DNA of 64,000 nucleotides, taken from contig KZ538100.1 of assembly GCA_000934665.2 (NCBI GenBank), forward strand, positions 62,001 through 126,000. Reading direction: 5' to 3'. Both the position numbers and the translations under genes were made by a program. Source of the DNA: Catajapyx aquilonaris (taxonomy: Eukaryota). The notes beneath the pieces are model-generated. The model was not told where the DNA came from, did no database searches, and saw only the letters and a list, made by a program, of their open reading frames with translations. Within the stretch, counting starts at the first letter, position 1. Each line of letters begins with the position of its first letter. Of the stretch, positions 14,501 to 26,134 are shown piece by piece.

Positions 14501-17500
14501 AGCCTCAGCTTGCTTGCTTGCTGCTCTCTTTTCAGTCCTGATGATGCAAGCAACCAGTTTTTTTTAAAAAAAGTGGTCCATGCTGTAATTCTTGGGAGGA
14601 AATATCTGGAGAAACTACTGGAACCTGCCTGATATACACTCAGTGACAATGTCAACTCCACGTACGAACTCAGCTTGCGCAATCTTCGGACGATAAAGAG
14701 CAGAAATAAATACTCATTATTCGCACATGATTTCAGTGGATTTGGCTCAAAATAATATGGAGTAAAAAATCACCTCAACTGAGCAGTAACTGACTCAAAG
14801 TGTTATAGGATGTTCCAGATAATTAGAGCCGAAACTTTATTTTGGATAAGTTTTAATAGCCTGCAAAGTTATATCCTGGCATTTTAAGGGGCGTTGTTCT
14901 GCACCTGGATGCTTTCAATTAGTTTATTAAATCTAATATTGTTGGGAAGCAAGCAAGAGAAATTGAATGGCACGGTCAGTTTGGAATAAGTTGATTTTAC
15001 TATACATTAACCGCAAACCTGGCACGCATGAAGCCATGTCAAATGGACTCGAAGCGTTTGTATAATAGCCTATTTATTTATCTGATGTTGTTTTCCGCCT
15101 GCTTTTAAAACTATAACATATCCCCGTCCTTTCCCCCCTTTTCACCAGCTTTTGACTCTGCATCCCCCCCCAGAGCCAGCTTTTGTACAGAGCGTTTTGA
15201 AAAAAATATTGCCACAAAAGGCATAAAATGGGATATTGTTAAACTATATCCCGCCGCATTATTTTTTAACTCGCTTGTCGGGGCTGGACACGCAGCACAC
15301 CCCTGGCCTCTCTTCCATTTTAAACTAGACGCGATAGGCCTACATTATTATTATTGTGTCCAACAACTTTTCCGAGCGGGGGGGAAAAGGGTTGTGTTCA
15401 AATGGGTGCCGCTTGGCTTTTGTCCGCTAACAATGGCGGTCATGCAGCAGCAAAATGGGCCGAAACGGTTGGCAAAAATAATTTAAAAAAAGGAAAATAA
15501 ACTACGAGTATATGCGCAAAATGTGTTGTTACATATATACATACAAACGAGCCGTGTTGTGGACATTTAGCAATTTCCAAAACAAAGCGAACGAAATTGG
15601 AAATGCAGCAATGCGCTCATTTTCAAGTTTTAGACTGTTATATATTTATTAATTATGTTTTGTAAAATACAGTAGAAACTCTGGGATTATCGCATATTCT
15701 AGGTAGTTGCACAGATTTGCAATGCTGGATAATCGCATTAAATCTGGGAAATGGCTATGCAAATAAGCGGGTTCTGCAGTGTAAAGGCGATTGTTTACTA
15801 CTTTAAGCCGGTTGCACCAGGGTTGGATACATTACGAATTTAACGGCTGTTATTTGTTGCATGCAGCCATTCAATAAATATCCTTAGTCGTTTTAAATCC
15901 GAGCATCTGCCGTAAGTGTGAGTTACCACGAAACCATTTTTGCGACGTGTTCGTTAATTAATTAAATCGTTAGGAAATTTGAAGTGGTTTAACTAGTGGC
16001 GTAATAATGCGTGGTTAAAAGATGTTGGGGGCCATCAAACATGATACACCGTCGATGATGATGATCAGAGGAGGAATCCCGACTGGTGTTGAGCGAGCAT
16101 CCCGAAGTGCTTGCATTGACAGCATTGGCACAATTTGGGTTAAGTGGGCAAATTTCCTTTGTAGGCCCCTACCAAATAGTCGACAGGGCTGTTGGGAGCC
16201 GGCGTGATAAATTGCGGTAATGGAGCTGGAAAGTGCTCGCTGCCTGGAATGGGGTGGAGGGGGGAGGTTCTTCCAGGTCTTTGTATTGTTTGGGGCGGCT
16301 CACCATCGTCGTCATCGACTGGAGCTTCCATCTCTGGGCTCAGCAACGCACCATCATCATTCTCTGCAACTCAACTGGTCCGGTGCTTCGCTCTGCCCTC
16401 GGAGCCAGGAAGCTTTTTAACGACCGCCAAACCGAATCAAAAGCCACAAACAAGGTCCTTTTGCGCAAACTTGCTGCAAAAAAAAATATCTGTATTCCGA
16501 GAGGGGGCTACGGTATGCGAAATGACATCCCGATGCTCGGAAAGAGTCAACTCCCCTGAGGCACTTCTGCGCTGCTCACTCAGACTACGCGAAACTCTCT
16601 ACACATTATTACTTCTTTAGGAAGGGAAAAAAATCGGCCCACGCACCGGATCCTTCGTCTTATTTTTTTCTCCTCCTTGATGACAGACGTAGTTTGCCTT
16701 TTGATTTAAGCCAGCTTAGAATGTTGGCTGAATCACCAAGTGGGCCCGGAGTGAGTGTACTTCATGGTCGACGGTCACCCGAAGCTACGCGACTTACATT
16801 TTGATGGCCAGAGTTCAATTACCATAAGGGGAATCCAAAAACATATGAGGCTGATATTCCCGAAGCTTAGTGAAAGCGGATGTAAGTTATAATATAAAAG
16901 AGAGGGCACTTATTTCGATTGGACCAAAATAGGCAAAAATCTCCTTTCAGATTTTGTGAGCATATATGCAAGTATCGTAGAAGACTGGCTGGACTATAGT
17001 ATCCCCGAAATTGTTTATAATATCACGGTTACACCTCTGTTATAATCTGCAACTGTTACAAATTAACTTTGAACATACTGTAATATTATGGTCGACATTT
17101 TATTTCCATTGCCACAGCCATCATAATATCGACACGAATATGGCGTGAACCATGTCGTTCCTCAAAAAGAGGCCGATATGTTATATTGAGAGGTCGAGTG
17201 GTGAAACATTGGATATATCACATGCCAATATCACCCCCTGCTATGTATACTGCAGTAATAGGTGTACGTTAGTAGACCTACTGATGGAAATACATTGCAA
17301 CAACAATAATAGTGTATAATTAGAGAGGAATTGCCCGTATGTTTTGGTACATACGAGTGCAGTAGGTTTAGTAAGATACATCATCTACTAAGTCATATTG
17401 ATAAATTGAAATGTTAATAGAAGACTGAAACTAAAAATCTCATATTACTGGTTGTGCCCAATGTAATATCTTTCATTAAAAATGGAATAATTATGATGAA

Positions 17501-18656
17501 CCTGTATCAGCAAACAATCATAAAACTCGAATGCCGTAGTTGTGTACAGTGAACAATTTACATCTCTACATACTGTGCTATACCAGCTACTTTTAAAAAC
17601 TCTCTTTGAAGCCCACCCAGAGGCTTGTAAAGCCCTCCGGGAAATGAAAATAAAAATAAACCTCTCTTTGAAGGGTTCAATTTCTTTCATGACCATTACG
17701 ATGAAACTTTGAAAATGTAAATTCGTGGCATTGACCCCAGGTTTTTTGCTAATTAGACGACAGATATAAGAAAATATTTGGTGGTTTTTTTCTCATGTAA
17801 CATTATACCGAGATAAAATGCTCGATAGTTTACAAGTCCCGAAGCTTTCTTTATAACTGTAAGATCACTCGATGAAATTTACTAAAATCTCCACAGGACA
17901 TACGGTACTTCAATTATTAATGCAAAGACTTAGCAGTGTCATATCCGCTGAAATATTCATAAATTTGTGTCCAAGTGCCAGCTAAGGGCTACATTTGTAT
18001 GATTATGACAATTTTTCTGAGGTTTCACTGCTATCATTAGTGTTGAGGGAAAGTTGTTCTACACCGCCTTCACTCGAGGAAGAGGAACAAGAAAATAGGA
18101 AGGCACATTCACAGCTCTGGTATAGGTTATTATATAACTCTGTAAACCAATAACTGGCCTGGAATTATTCATCCGTGACAGCAGGCTGTTGTTACACGCT
18201 GGTATAGTAAGCAGAGTTAACTGAGACATTTTTGTTCCTGAATGAGGTTACATTTATCCTCCCAAATAAGTGACTTTCTCCTAACTAAGCTTATATAGAT
18301 TCTCCCGTATAAGTCTGTCGGGTTCCCATATTTCTACAGTATAGTTGTTAGTTAATGCAAATACTGTAACTAAATCGTATAAGGCCGGAAAGCCCATCTT
18401 TATGTGATTTTGTGGGAGGGATTGTCATCAAGCTGATGGGTGGTGGTGGATGGGAGTGGTCCGGCGTATTACATGCTGATGATGCGTATTAGCTTGTAAA
18501 TATGTGGGCAATAGGACGCACTTCGACGATTGGTTCTAAGAAGTCGGGTGGGGGTCGTCATGGAAACTGAGTAGAGCGTGTTGAGGTTTGCTAAAAAGGG
18601 ACCGATCCGCAATGGACAGGCCGCAGTACTGCATCACATCCACTGTCGCCGATTCC

Positions 18657-18663
18657 ATCAGTC
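18657..18663 (+). promoter_or_regulatory. Initiator-like element (ATCAGTC), putative ACP transcription start
   Basis: Matches the arthropod Inr consensus TCAGTY, ~40 nt upstream of the proposed first ATG (18699). Confidence 0.45.
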
Positions 18664-18698
18664 AGCGGAGAGGCACCTCATCGCACCACATCAGAGCA

Positions 18699-18709
18699 AT
18701 GGCAATGGG
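18699..18709 (+). CDS. ACP: ACP precursor, putative coding exon 1 (MAMG...)
   Basis: ATG GCA ATG GG followed by a strong donor GTAAGC at 18710. Splicing to acatcag| (18787) restores the frame into exon 2. The ATG at 18810 is an alternative start. Confidence 0.6.
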
Positions 18710-18787
18710 GTAAGCATGCACACATCACAATCTTAACATTGCACAACAATATTCCTTTCATCGCTTCCATTGTCTACTGCACATCAG

Positions 18788-18869
18788 ATCCCAGCTGAGT
18801 AACACGGGAATGGCGACCTGCTTCTTCTTCCTGATGGTTGTCCTCTCCGGATTCCTCACGTCCGCTCAG
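18788..18869 (+). CDS. ACP: ACP precursor exon 2: signal peptide plus the Gln1 codon of the mature peptide
   Basis: Encodes SQLSNTGMATCFFFLMVVLSGFLTSA-Q: hydrophobic core with small residues at -3/-1 (T-S-A). Ends at donor CAG|GTACTT (18870). Confidence 0.85.
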
Positions 18870-18937
18870 GTACTTGCTCATTGCTCTTCCTTTATACATG
18901 CTGCGGCCAAAAACTGGAGTAATTTTTTTCCTTGCAG

Positions 18938-19048
18938 ACCACCTTCTCCCGCGACTGGATTCCAGGGAAGAGGTCTCACCTGTCCGGAGAATCGTCATGC
19001 GGAGGGTTCGACCCAGAGGTTGCTTCTCAGATCCAGAACCTGGTAGAG
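18938..19048 (+). CDS. ACP: ACP precursor exon 3: mature peptide (Q)TTFSRDWIP, GKR amidation/cleavage site, start of the associated peptide
   Basis: Acceptor tttttttccttgcag| at 18937 closes a 68-bp phase-0 intron. Reads TTFSRDWIPGKRSHLSGESSCGGFDPEVASQIQNLVE, then donor GAG|GTAATG at 19049. QxTFSRDW is the ACP signature (cf. insect pQVTFSRDWNAamide, decapod pQITFSRSWVPQamide). Confidence 0.9.
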
Positions 19049-20409
19049 GTAATGTCGCGTAACTTTGATTCTCTGCAGTCTATTGCATGTCGAAAATATC
19101 TATATCCATGCTTTCTCTCCTTCACTTGCTGCGAATACACTTTTAATGATTGAAGGTTGCGTTTGCAATGAATTGCTTAAGAATATTAGATATTTTTAAA
19201 GACAATCGAATATACCATATCTATGTTACTTAAGGCTGGCCTGAATAAGTTGAGCCGTTCTGTCGCTCCCAATCAGAAGAGGTCTGTAAATTGCTCATCT
19301 GCCCGCTCTCCCTCATTTCTCAGACCACATGACGACATCCTTTCTTAGATTTCCACTGGCCTATAAGGGAAAAGTTTGGTCTTTACCTAAAGCGCTGGTT
19401 TAATGTTGCAATTTAAAAAACCGGCGAGTCACTCTGAAGTTGGGCACATAATTATGGTCAAGAGTAGACCCTCATTGCCATATTTTTCCACTCCGTTTGG
19501 CAGGTTCGTAAATTTCATAGAGCAAGAAAAGACACTCTACTGTCACGTCTACACTTGTATGTCATATTAGAGCAAGTACCAGATTTTGCATTATGAATAC
19601 CTGTATATCCATGTACGATTTATGACGCTGCAAAAAAAATCTGCATTCATCTTGCAGGTATTGTCAAGACCAATGCACGAGTATAAGAATTTCACTCCTT
19701 ACGTGATGGAGTGAATAAAATCAGAGTTCGAATTAATCGTGCCACGAATTTTTAAGTATAGAGTATCAGATTAGCTGTTATGCCATCAATTAACACATTA
19801 TTACGCTTTTCCACATAATTAATAATAGGTATACATACGTAATAATGCTGCCTCGCTTCACTGAAAGATTAATTGCACCTGAATGTAAACATAATATTAT
19901 TATTGATCGTGATACTAATTGTTTCAAGTGCATAATTCGCATGATGTGTTCATTTACATTGCTGCCATTATAACTGGTGATTCATAGGGAAAGTTATTAA
20001 CATTTAATTAATAAGGCTTATTTTGCTGTTTTTCACACTTATATCGCGCAATGTGGTACAATTGAAATACACCCTATTTAAGTATAGCGATTCTTCGCAA
20101 TGAGAGTTATTCTAAGCGGACATTGAAAGTAAGCTTATTAGTTGTTAATACCAGGCCGGAATGAATGGTCAATCCAGGCTGTCAATTACGATGCATTGGC
20201 AATTTACCATGGCCCATTGGAATCATTGTGTCATATCGTGTCGATAACATAGCTCATTTTTTCAAGCTAGTCCTTCATGTAGGAATTGAAAATAACGTGT
20301 CCAAGTAGCCATTCGAGCACACCAGTAGAGTCATGATTTGAGGAGATTGTCCTAATGGCAATGAACCAGTCTGTATGTACAATTATGTCTTTGTCACGTG
20401 TGATCACAG

Positions 20410-20622
20410 AAGGAAGAGAGCCGTCTGATAAGCTGCAAGGTGATGAAGGTGGTGAGCCTCCTTCGGTGCACTCACTACAAAGGAAAGCAACCGACGGAGG
20501 GCATCCTGATGCTTCCGTCTTCGGCGACGTCAGTGGTCGGCGGAGACGAGGATGAGCGGAATTACTTCGCAAATTCTCTCCCCAAGCACCAGCAATCCCC
20601 CTCCGATTTCAGCTCATCCTAA
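20410..20622 (+). CDS. ACP: ACP precursor, probable terminal exon 4
   Basis: Acceptor gatcacag| at 20409, phase 0. Reads KEESRLISCKVMKVVSLLRC...SSS*. The joined L-V-E-K-E-x-x-R-L-x-x-C resembles the C-terminal ExxxLxxC motif of AKH/ACP precursors. GC-rich island in AT-rich DNA. AATAAA at 20621-20626 overlaps the stop. Full model is 138 aa. Confidence 0.7.
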   Translation, partial: KEESRLISCKVMKVVSLLRCTHYKGKQPTEGILMLPSSATSVVGGDEDERNYFANSLPKHQQSPSDFSSS

Positions 20623-22529
20623 TAAAATGTACGTCGCCCACTTGACACGACGTTGCACCTATAAGATTTCAGCTGATTCTCTCAAGGATTCAGCAGGTCC
20701 GTCGTAACTCTCCTTGGCTATATTGTGGTGGTATAAGCTTTATACATTTGTTTCCCTTCGCGTATTCGACAAAATATTGTGACTTTGTGGGAACACCTGT
20801 CACCTTTTCGGACTGCAGACCCCTACAGTAGCATTGTACTCAGCAGTAAGTAAACTGTGGGGCTCTGAGTCAAAACTATTTCCATCCACCGAGTAATATC
20901 ATGTACAAATAGGGTGTAATAAAGAGATCCGAACTGTGTAAACATGTTTGTGCAGCGTAATGAGTGCAGGTGGCATGAATTGCAGGGGGAATTACCCAAC
21001 AGGCGTCGAGATGTCGCCTCTGGGAAGGGCCTGGAGCTGAACGTTGGCGTTGGTGCCAGCAGATGGCAAGGGATACCCACAGCATGTAGCTGGCTCCTCT
21101 CCTACTCCTTCTTGGAGCTGGAGTTCAAGAGTTGGTGGGGCTCCTTTTACCATTCACATGCAGGCATTCACAGACACACCTATAGGGAAGGAATTAATGT
21201 GCCTTCCAGGTGCATTCTTTAGTGCAACCGACAGCTTGTAAGTCGCCGGAGTAAACGTATACTGTCATGTGCGTCATATTATATTATTTTGTGCTGCATT
21301 GTAATTACTCATAAATCCCCAAGCGTTATATGTATATTGTATAGCCTGCAATAGTACACGAGAGCGGTACCAAAATGATTTACAAGCCTGGAGAGGTTGA
21401 CACACCCATGACTCCTGTGCATTAGGCTCCGGGAGGGTTCTGTTGATAGTGTGGGCCTATTTGCCCACCTATACATGGTCCCTGTATTTTCGGCAAAAAA
21501 TTAATAAATTATAAATAATTTTGGTGCGGCCCTCGGATCTATACCTTCCTGAAATGCGATATAAAATATTATCGGTGATTCTGACACGTGAACAAACCGA
21601 ATTGTTTCAAAAGTGACCTGATTATGGAAAATGCTGGCATTTTTTGTGCACATAACGAGGCGAAAATCAAATTATCGAGCGTTCTTCCTGGAACGAGGCA
21701 TATGACCTAAACAATAAACATTGACTGACAAGTAAATGTAATTATCGATGCTCGTTACAACTATAGTTTATCTTCCAGTGGTTGCTGTGGTAAACAGTCC
21801 ACCATCTCTGAATCCCCCCCTCTTGGACTGTAGACTTATTGGGCACCGCGCACACAGTCTACACTCTACAGCAGTTTAGTGCTGAAGTGCTGAGAGCAAA
21901 TTTTCAATCCAAATGGGCCTAGCGCTTTGTATTTAATATATTGTACGCACTTTAATTTACGTAAAATTAATAATATATCTGATATTTCTATAGCTTTTTG
22001 CACATTCTACACGATTTTGTCAGAAGCAACATAACATTCGCATAAAAGGTGGCTTGAATTTAAGTAATAACGGTGATAATATACAAGATGGTCCAAATCC
22101 AGTATATGGCTACCTACACAGTAGGCCTGTAATATACTGTAGACTCCTATTTCTTACCAAAATTACGCATCTTCGCCTGATTTTCAGTAAGTAACAATGA
22201 CTGTAAAAGGTTACAATATTAATAACCCATTGCTGCTTACTCAAAAAGAATCATTATTTTTCAAGAAGTGTTTATTTGTTCGACCACAGTGCATTTAATG
22301 TAGGCTATACGTACACTCGACGCTCTGACAATACAATATTTTTGGGTCAACGACTTATACCTTTTGCTGTTGCAAGTATTCCAGGCCTATGTCAATAATA
22401 AATTATATTGCGAGTACTACCCGGCTCACTCTTTCGCATGTTAACTCGAGCGTCACATGTTTCTGGGGCACATTTTTCACTTGCAGCCACGCATGTCCCG
22501 CGGACGGATAGTGCAACAGATAATAACAC

Positions 22530-23250
22530 TGACCAACAGTGATTTTGTTACATGAAGAATTTTAGCTGTTTCCTATATGCATTAGTATAGGCGCTGATTC
22601 CGAATATAAGGTCAGAAAGTGTCCATCACCCTCCATTTTTTGTAACCTTATTTTGCAGAAAATACTGCACACCTATCATTATCACTAATATATTGGTCAA
22701 ATATAGATTTGTTACCTGAGCAATTTCATGGCTGTTTCTTATGCATCTGGCTCTGCTCTGATTCCGAATATGAAGTCAGATTTTTCTATCAGCCTTCATT
22801 TTATTGTAACTAAACTTACTTCCTCGAACTCTGCATAACTCAATGTCACCAATATATTGGTCAGCAGTGGCTATTTTTTGCTGTCAATGTATTAGTAGGC
22901 GCCGATTTTTAATATAAAGTCCGAAAATGTCCATCGGCATTGGTTTTCTTGCAATAGACCTTACTTCCTCGAGAGTATAGGCCCACTTTGCATGTAGCTC
23001 AATATCACCAGTTTATTGGTCAACAGTGGCTTTGTTACATATTAAGGATTTCAGCTGTGTTACTTGTGCATTCACAGGCTCTCAATTTGAATATATGTAT
23101 GAAGTTAGAAAAATTCAATCAGCATCCATTTTCTTGTAACAAGCCTATATACGTAAATATCGTACCTTTTGTACTGCACATTGCTCAACAACATCCCGTG
23201 CATATATATAATATGCTTCCTATGAGGATTTCGGCTTTCCTATACTTCTA
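22530..23250. repeat. Degenerate tandem array, ~4-5 units of ~160 bp, probably transposon-internal
   Basis: Recurring motif ggtcaacagtg..ttgttac..gctgtt..gctgattccgaatat(a/g)a(a/g)gtcaga near 22535, 22696, 22859 and 23018, with a partial unit near 23221. Confidence 0.7.
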
Positions 23251-23717
23251 TCACAATAGTGGTAACATATAGATAATCCATTAATTCCGTCCTATTGGTC
23301 ATTAACTGCTCACAAATCGTCAAAGTGAATGACATTGTTACCTTAAAATACGATTACTGAAAAAACTCTGAGCGATATTAAAAATTTATATAGATATTAG
23401 AAATCGACGCAGAAAAAATAATACAGTATAGGAATAACATATTCTTGTAAAAAGAAGTTCAATTTTGTCGGTCAGTGTAATATCAGAGGAAATACGAAAG
23501 AATGTCATTGTTCATAATGATATTGGGCCGATATAATAATTCAGTTCCTATTATTGACAGCTAACCCTAAGTCCTAGCCTTCTGAGGGACTGGGCACATG
23601 ACCCATTTCCGACAATGCACTTGCACCTGTGTCCCCTCCCCCCAAAAAATCACTATCCTTACCCAATTTCCTTACTTCCCTGCACGGAGAATGACGGAAA
23701 AAGTATTTAAAAATACT

Positions 23718-23776
23718 AGAAAACTGATGGTGGTATGCCACCCCCTAAAACGACTTAGTTGTATCACGGGGTAAAA

Positions 23777-23811
<35 letters not shown>
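23718..23811 (+). mobile_element. 3' end of a retroposon (SINE/LINE-like) with (TAAA)n tail, copy 1
   Basis: agaaaactgatggtggtatgccacccc...cacggggtaaaataaataaa..., shared with the copy at 53211-53312. Confidence 0.65.
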
Positions 23812-23812
<1 letters not shown>

Positions 23813-24014
23813 GCGGTGCAGTTTAATGTCACTACGCCTTCCATATACGAGTATATGCGACTCTTATGGAGTGATTTGTAAATTTGTAAATTATGCTTGG
23901 TCTTACTGATATTGCTCCACCATAATTATGAAATGTTTAAGGATATTGCTTTGCAGATAATGGCTTTGACCTTTGAGGAAGCAAAATCTACCTCTAACGT
24001 CTAAATTGAAGAGT

Positions 24015-25083
24015 GATCTGACGGCAAGCAAAGTAACTTTTCTTACCCTCCTGGATTTTGATAATTTTTATGATTTAAATTCTGCTTGGCCTATAGTGCT
24101 GAGAAAACATCACCTCCGCTGCTAAATTCCACGTTAGCAGGGTGAAAATCCAGCCTAAAGGCGATGTTCCGTAAGCCACAACACCAGCGTTCGGTCGCCA
24201 GGCGCTCGTCCCGGCTACCCCGGTCGCGGTCGCCTTTCACCGCGTCTGTAGCTCTCTCCGGTGCCACGAAGGAGAAGGGTCATCTCGCACGCTTTGAAGT
24301 TGAAGGCGATTATAATAATGGAGAGCCAGGACAGGGAGCATACTACTACATACTGTAAGAGGCGCAAACATTCGATGCGTCTCTGTTTGATGGGGCCAAC
24401 GGTGGCGGCCATTTTGAAGAGATGCCAACGAGGTGTAAATAGGGTACAGGCAGGCCAAAGCTTCGCCATCTTTGATTGTTTTGGCGGCGGCCATGGCACT
24501 TCACGGCAAGAACACGGGCGAATTTGAATATTTTTGCCGTACTTACGGAATTAATACGTAGAAAAGTGCATTAAAGGAGCTCATACGGCAAAAAGATTCA
24601 AATTCAGCCGCCAAAACCATCAAATGTGGCAGACCTTTCGCCTGCCTGTACCCTATTTACACCTCGTTGGCCTCTCTTCAAAATGGCCGCCACCGTTGGC
24701 CCCATCAAACAGAGACAGGCGAATCGAATGTTTGCGCCTCTTATGTAGTATTGTGCCCCATGTCCTGGCTCTCCATTATTATAATCGCCTTCGACTGCAA
24801 AGCGTGCGAGATGACCCTTCTCCTTCGTGGCACCGGAGAGACGAGCTACAGACGCGGTGAAAGGCGACCGCGATCGGGGCAGCCGGGACAAGCGCCTCGC
24901 GACCGAACGCTGGTGTTGTGGCTTACGGAACATCGCCTTTAGGCTGGATTTTCACCCTGCTAACGTGGAATTTAGCAGCGGAGGTGATGTTTTCCCAACA
25001 CTACAGGCCAAGCAGAATTAAAATTATAAAAATTATCAAAATCCAGGAGGGTAAGAAAAGTTACTTTGTTTGTGAGTCACATC
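24015..25083. mobile_element. Foldback / long-TIR non-autonomous DNA element (~1.07 kb; arms ~24015-24490 and ~24607-25083)
   Basis: The two arms are near-identical reverse complements, also visible as twin ORFs 24164..24358(+) and 24604..24933(-). Spacer ~115 bp. No transposase and no clear TSD. Confidence 0.88.
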
Positions 25084-25210
25084 TGAATGGTATTTCAAGT
25101 TTTCAAGTGTGAAACCATTCCTAGTGCAGTGATACGTCTGAAGCTGAGAGCCTTTTGCAAACCTGTATTAGGGAGAACTATGATAACACTATGGATCACG
25201 ATATTATTTT

Positions 25211-25703
25211 GTCCATGAAAATTAATCGCTATTTCCATGTTCCTTATAGGTCATTCGTAAATCATAATGGCCAATCCCTTTGCCTGGGATTTGTTTTTGA
25301 CCTCGGGGCATCAGTCAAAAAACCAAATTCCTCAAAATGTAGGGGCCATTCCGAATCAAGTGGGCCGAAATGTTGCTGGGCCATCTCGGATGTTTCTGAA
25401 AAAAATCACAGCTGTACAGTGTACACACACATGCCATATCACTGCATAATTATGAAGTTTCAGCCATATTGCGCAATACCACGATGAGGGGAAAAATTGC
25501 GACATTTTGAAAATGGCTGAAAATGAGGCATTTTTTATAGATAATTTTATTCGGTTAGTGTATAAGTGGTCGAAAACCAATGAACAAATACATCAAATGA
25601 AAGGGAATCACGAGGATAACGCGCCTATGGAATGAGCGTTCCTCTAAAATGTAACCAGGAAATGTGCGTGTCATTCCATGTGTCCCATTATCAGTCACAT
25701 GTC
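25211..25703. mobile_element. Partial long-TIR element, copy 1 (centre plus right arm)
   Basis: 25312-25703 is a diverged reverse complement of 26135-26465. 25211-25322 is a diverged direct repeat of 26465-26578. Confidence 0.7.
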
Positions 25704-25893
25704 CAAGTATTTAGACCCCAACAATTACTGATGTATTTCAGTTACAACAGTCATATTTGGTGGCATAAGTTGAGACCCACACAAGGTTTATTATGTTCAG
25801 TTTGAAACCTGGTGCATAATATATGGTTCGCATAAAAATATTAGAGAATTTCTGCAGAATTACCATGTTAATTTTCAAGGAGCCAAATTATTA

Positions 25894-26129
25894 AGGGCGG
25901 TATCCACTGCTCAATACTATCAAGGGGTTTCAACCCGTTCAACCCCTTGAATCAACCCCTTGAGCGGGCTTGAACCGAATAGAGCATGGCCCTATTTGAT
26001 TCAACCCATTGAATTCAAGGGGTTAAATCACGTAGGGCCATGCTATACTCGGTTCAAGCCTGCTCAAGGGGTTGATTCAAGAGATTGAGCGGGTTGAAAG
26101 CCTTGATATTGAGCAGTGGATACCGCCCT
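25894..26129. mobile_element. PIF/Harbinger-type MITE, 236 bp, almost wholly palindromic, TTA target-site duplication
   Basis: tta-AGGGCGGTATCCACTGCTCAATA ... TATTGAGCAGTGGATACCGCCCT-tta, with the symmetry centre at ttgaattcaa (~26013). A 3-bp TTA TSD is typical of PIF/Harbinger. Confidence 0.88.
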
Positions 26130-26134
26130 TTATA

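Noticed and set aside
19235..19348. Alternative ACP exon-4 candidates (e.g. reading EVCKLLIC)
   Set aside because: Would need a weak AAG/GAG acceptor or the wrong intron phase; the exon at 20410 fits better.
20944..21241. GC-rich island downstream of ACP, checked for a second neuropeptide paralogue
   Set aside because: No signal peptide, no Q...GKR layout, and no consistent open exon on either strand.
22530..23250. CRISPR-like array
   Set aside because: Eukaryotic context; units are diverged along their whole length rather than identical repeats with unique spacers; no cas genes.
24164..24933. Twin ORFs MFRKPQHQRSVARR...
   Set aside because: By-product of the inverted repeat; the frames differ by indels and show no transposase motif.
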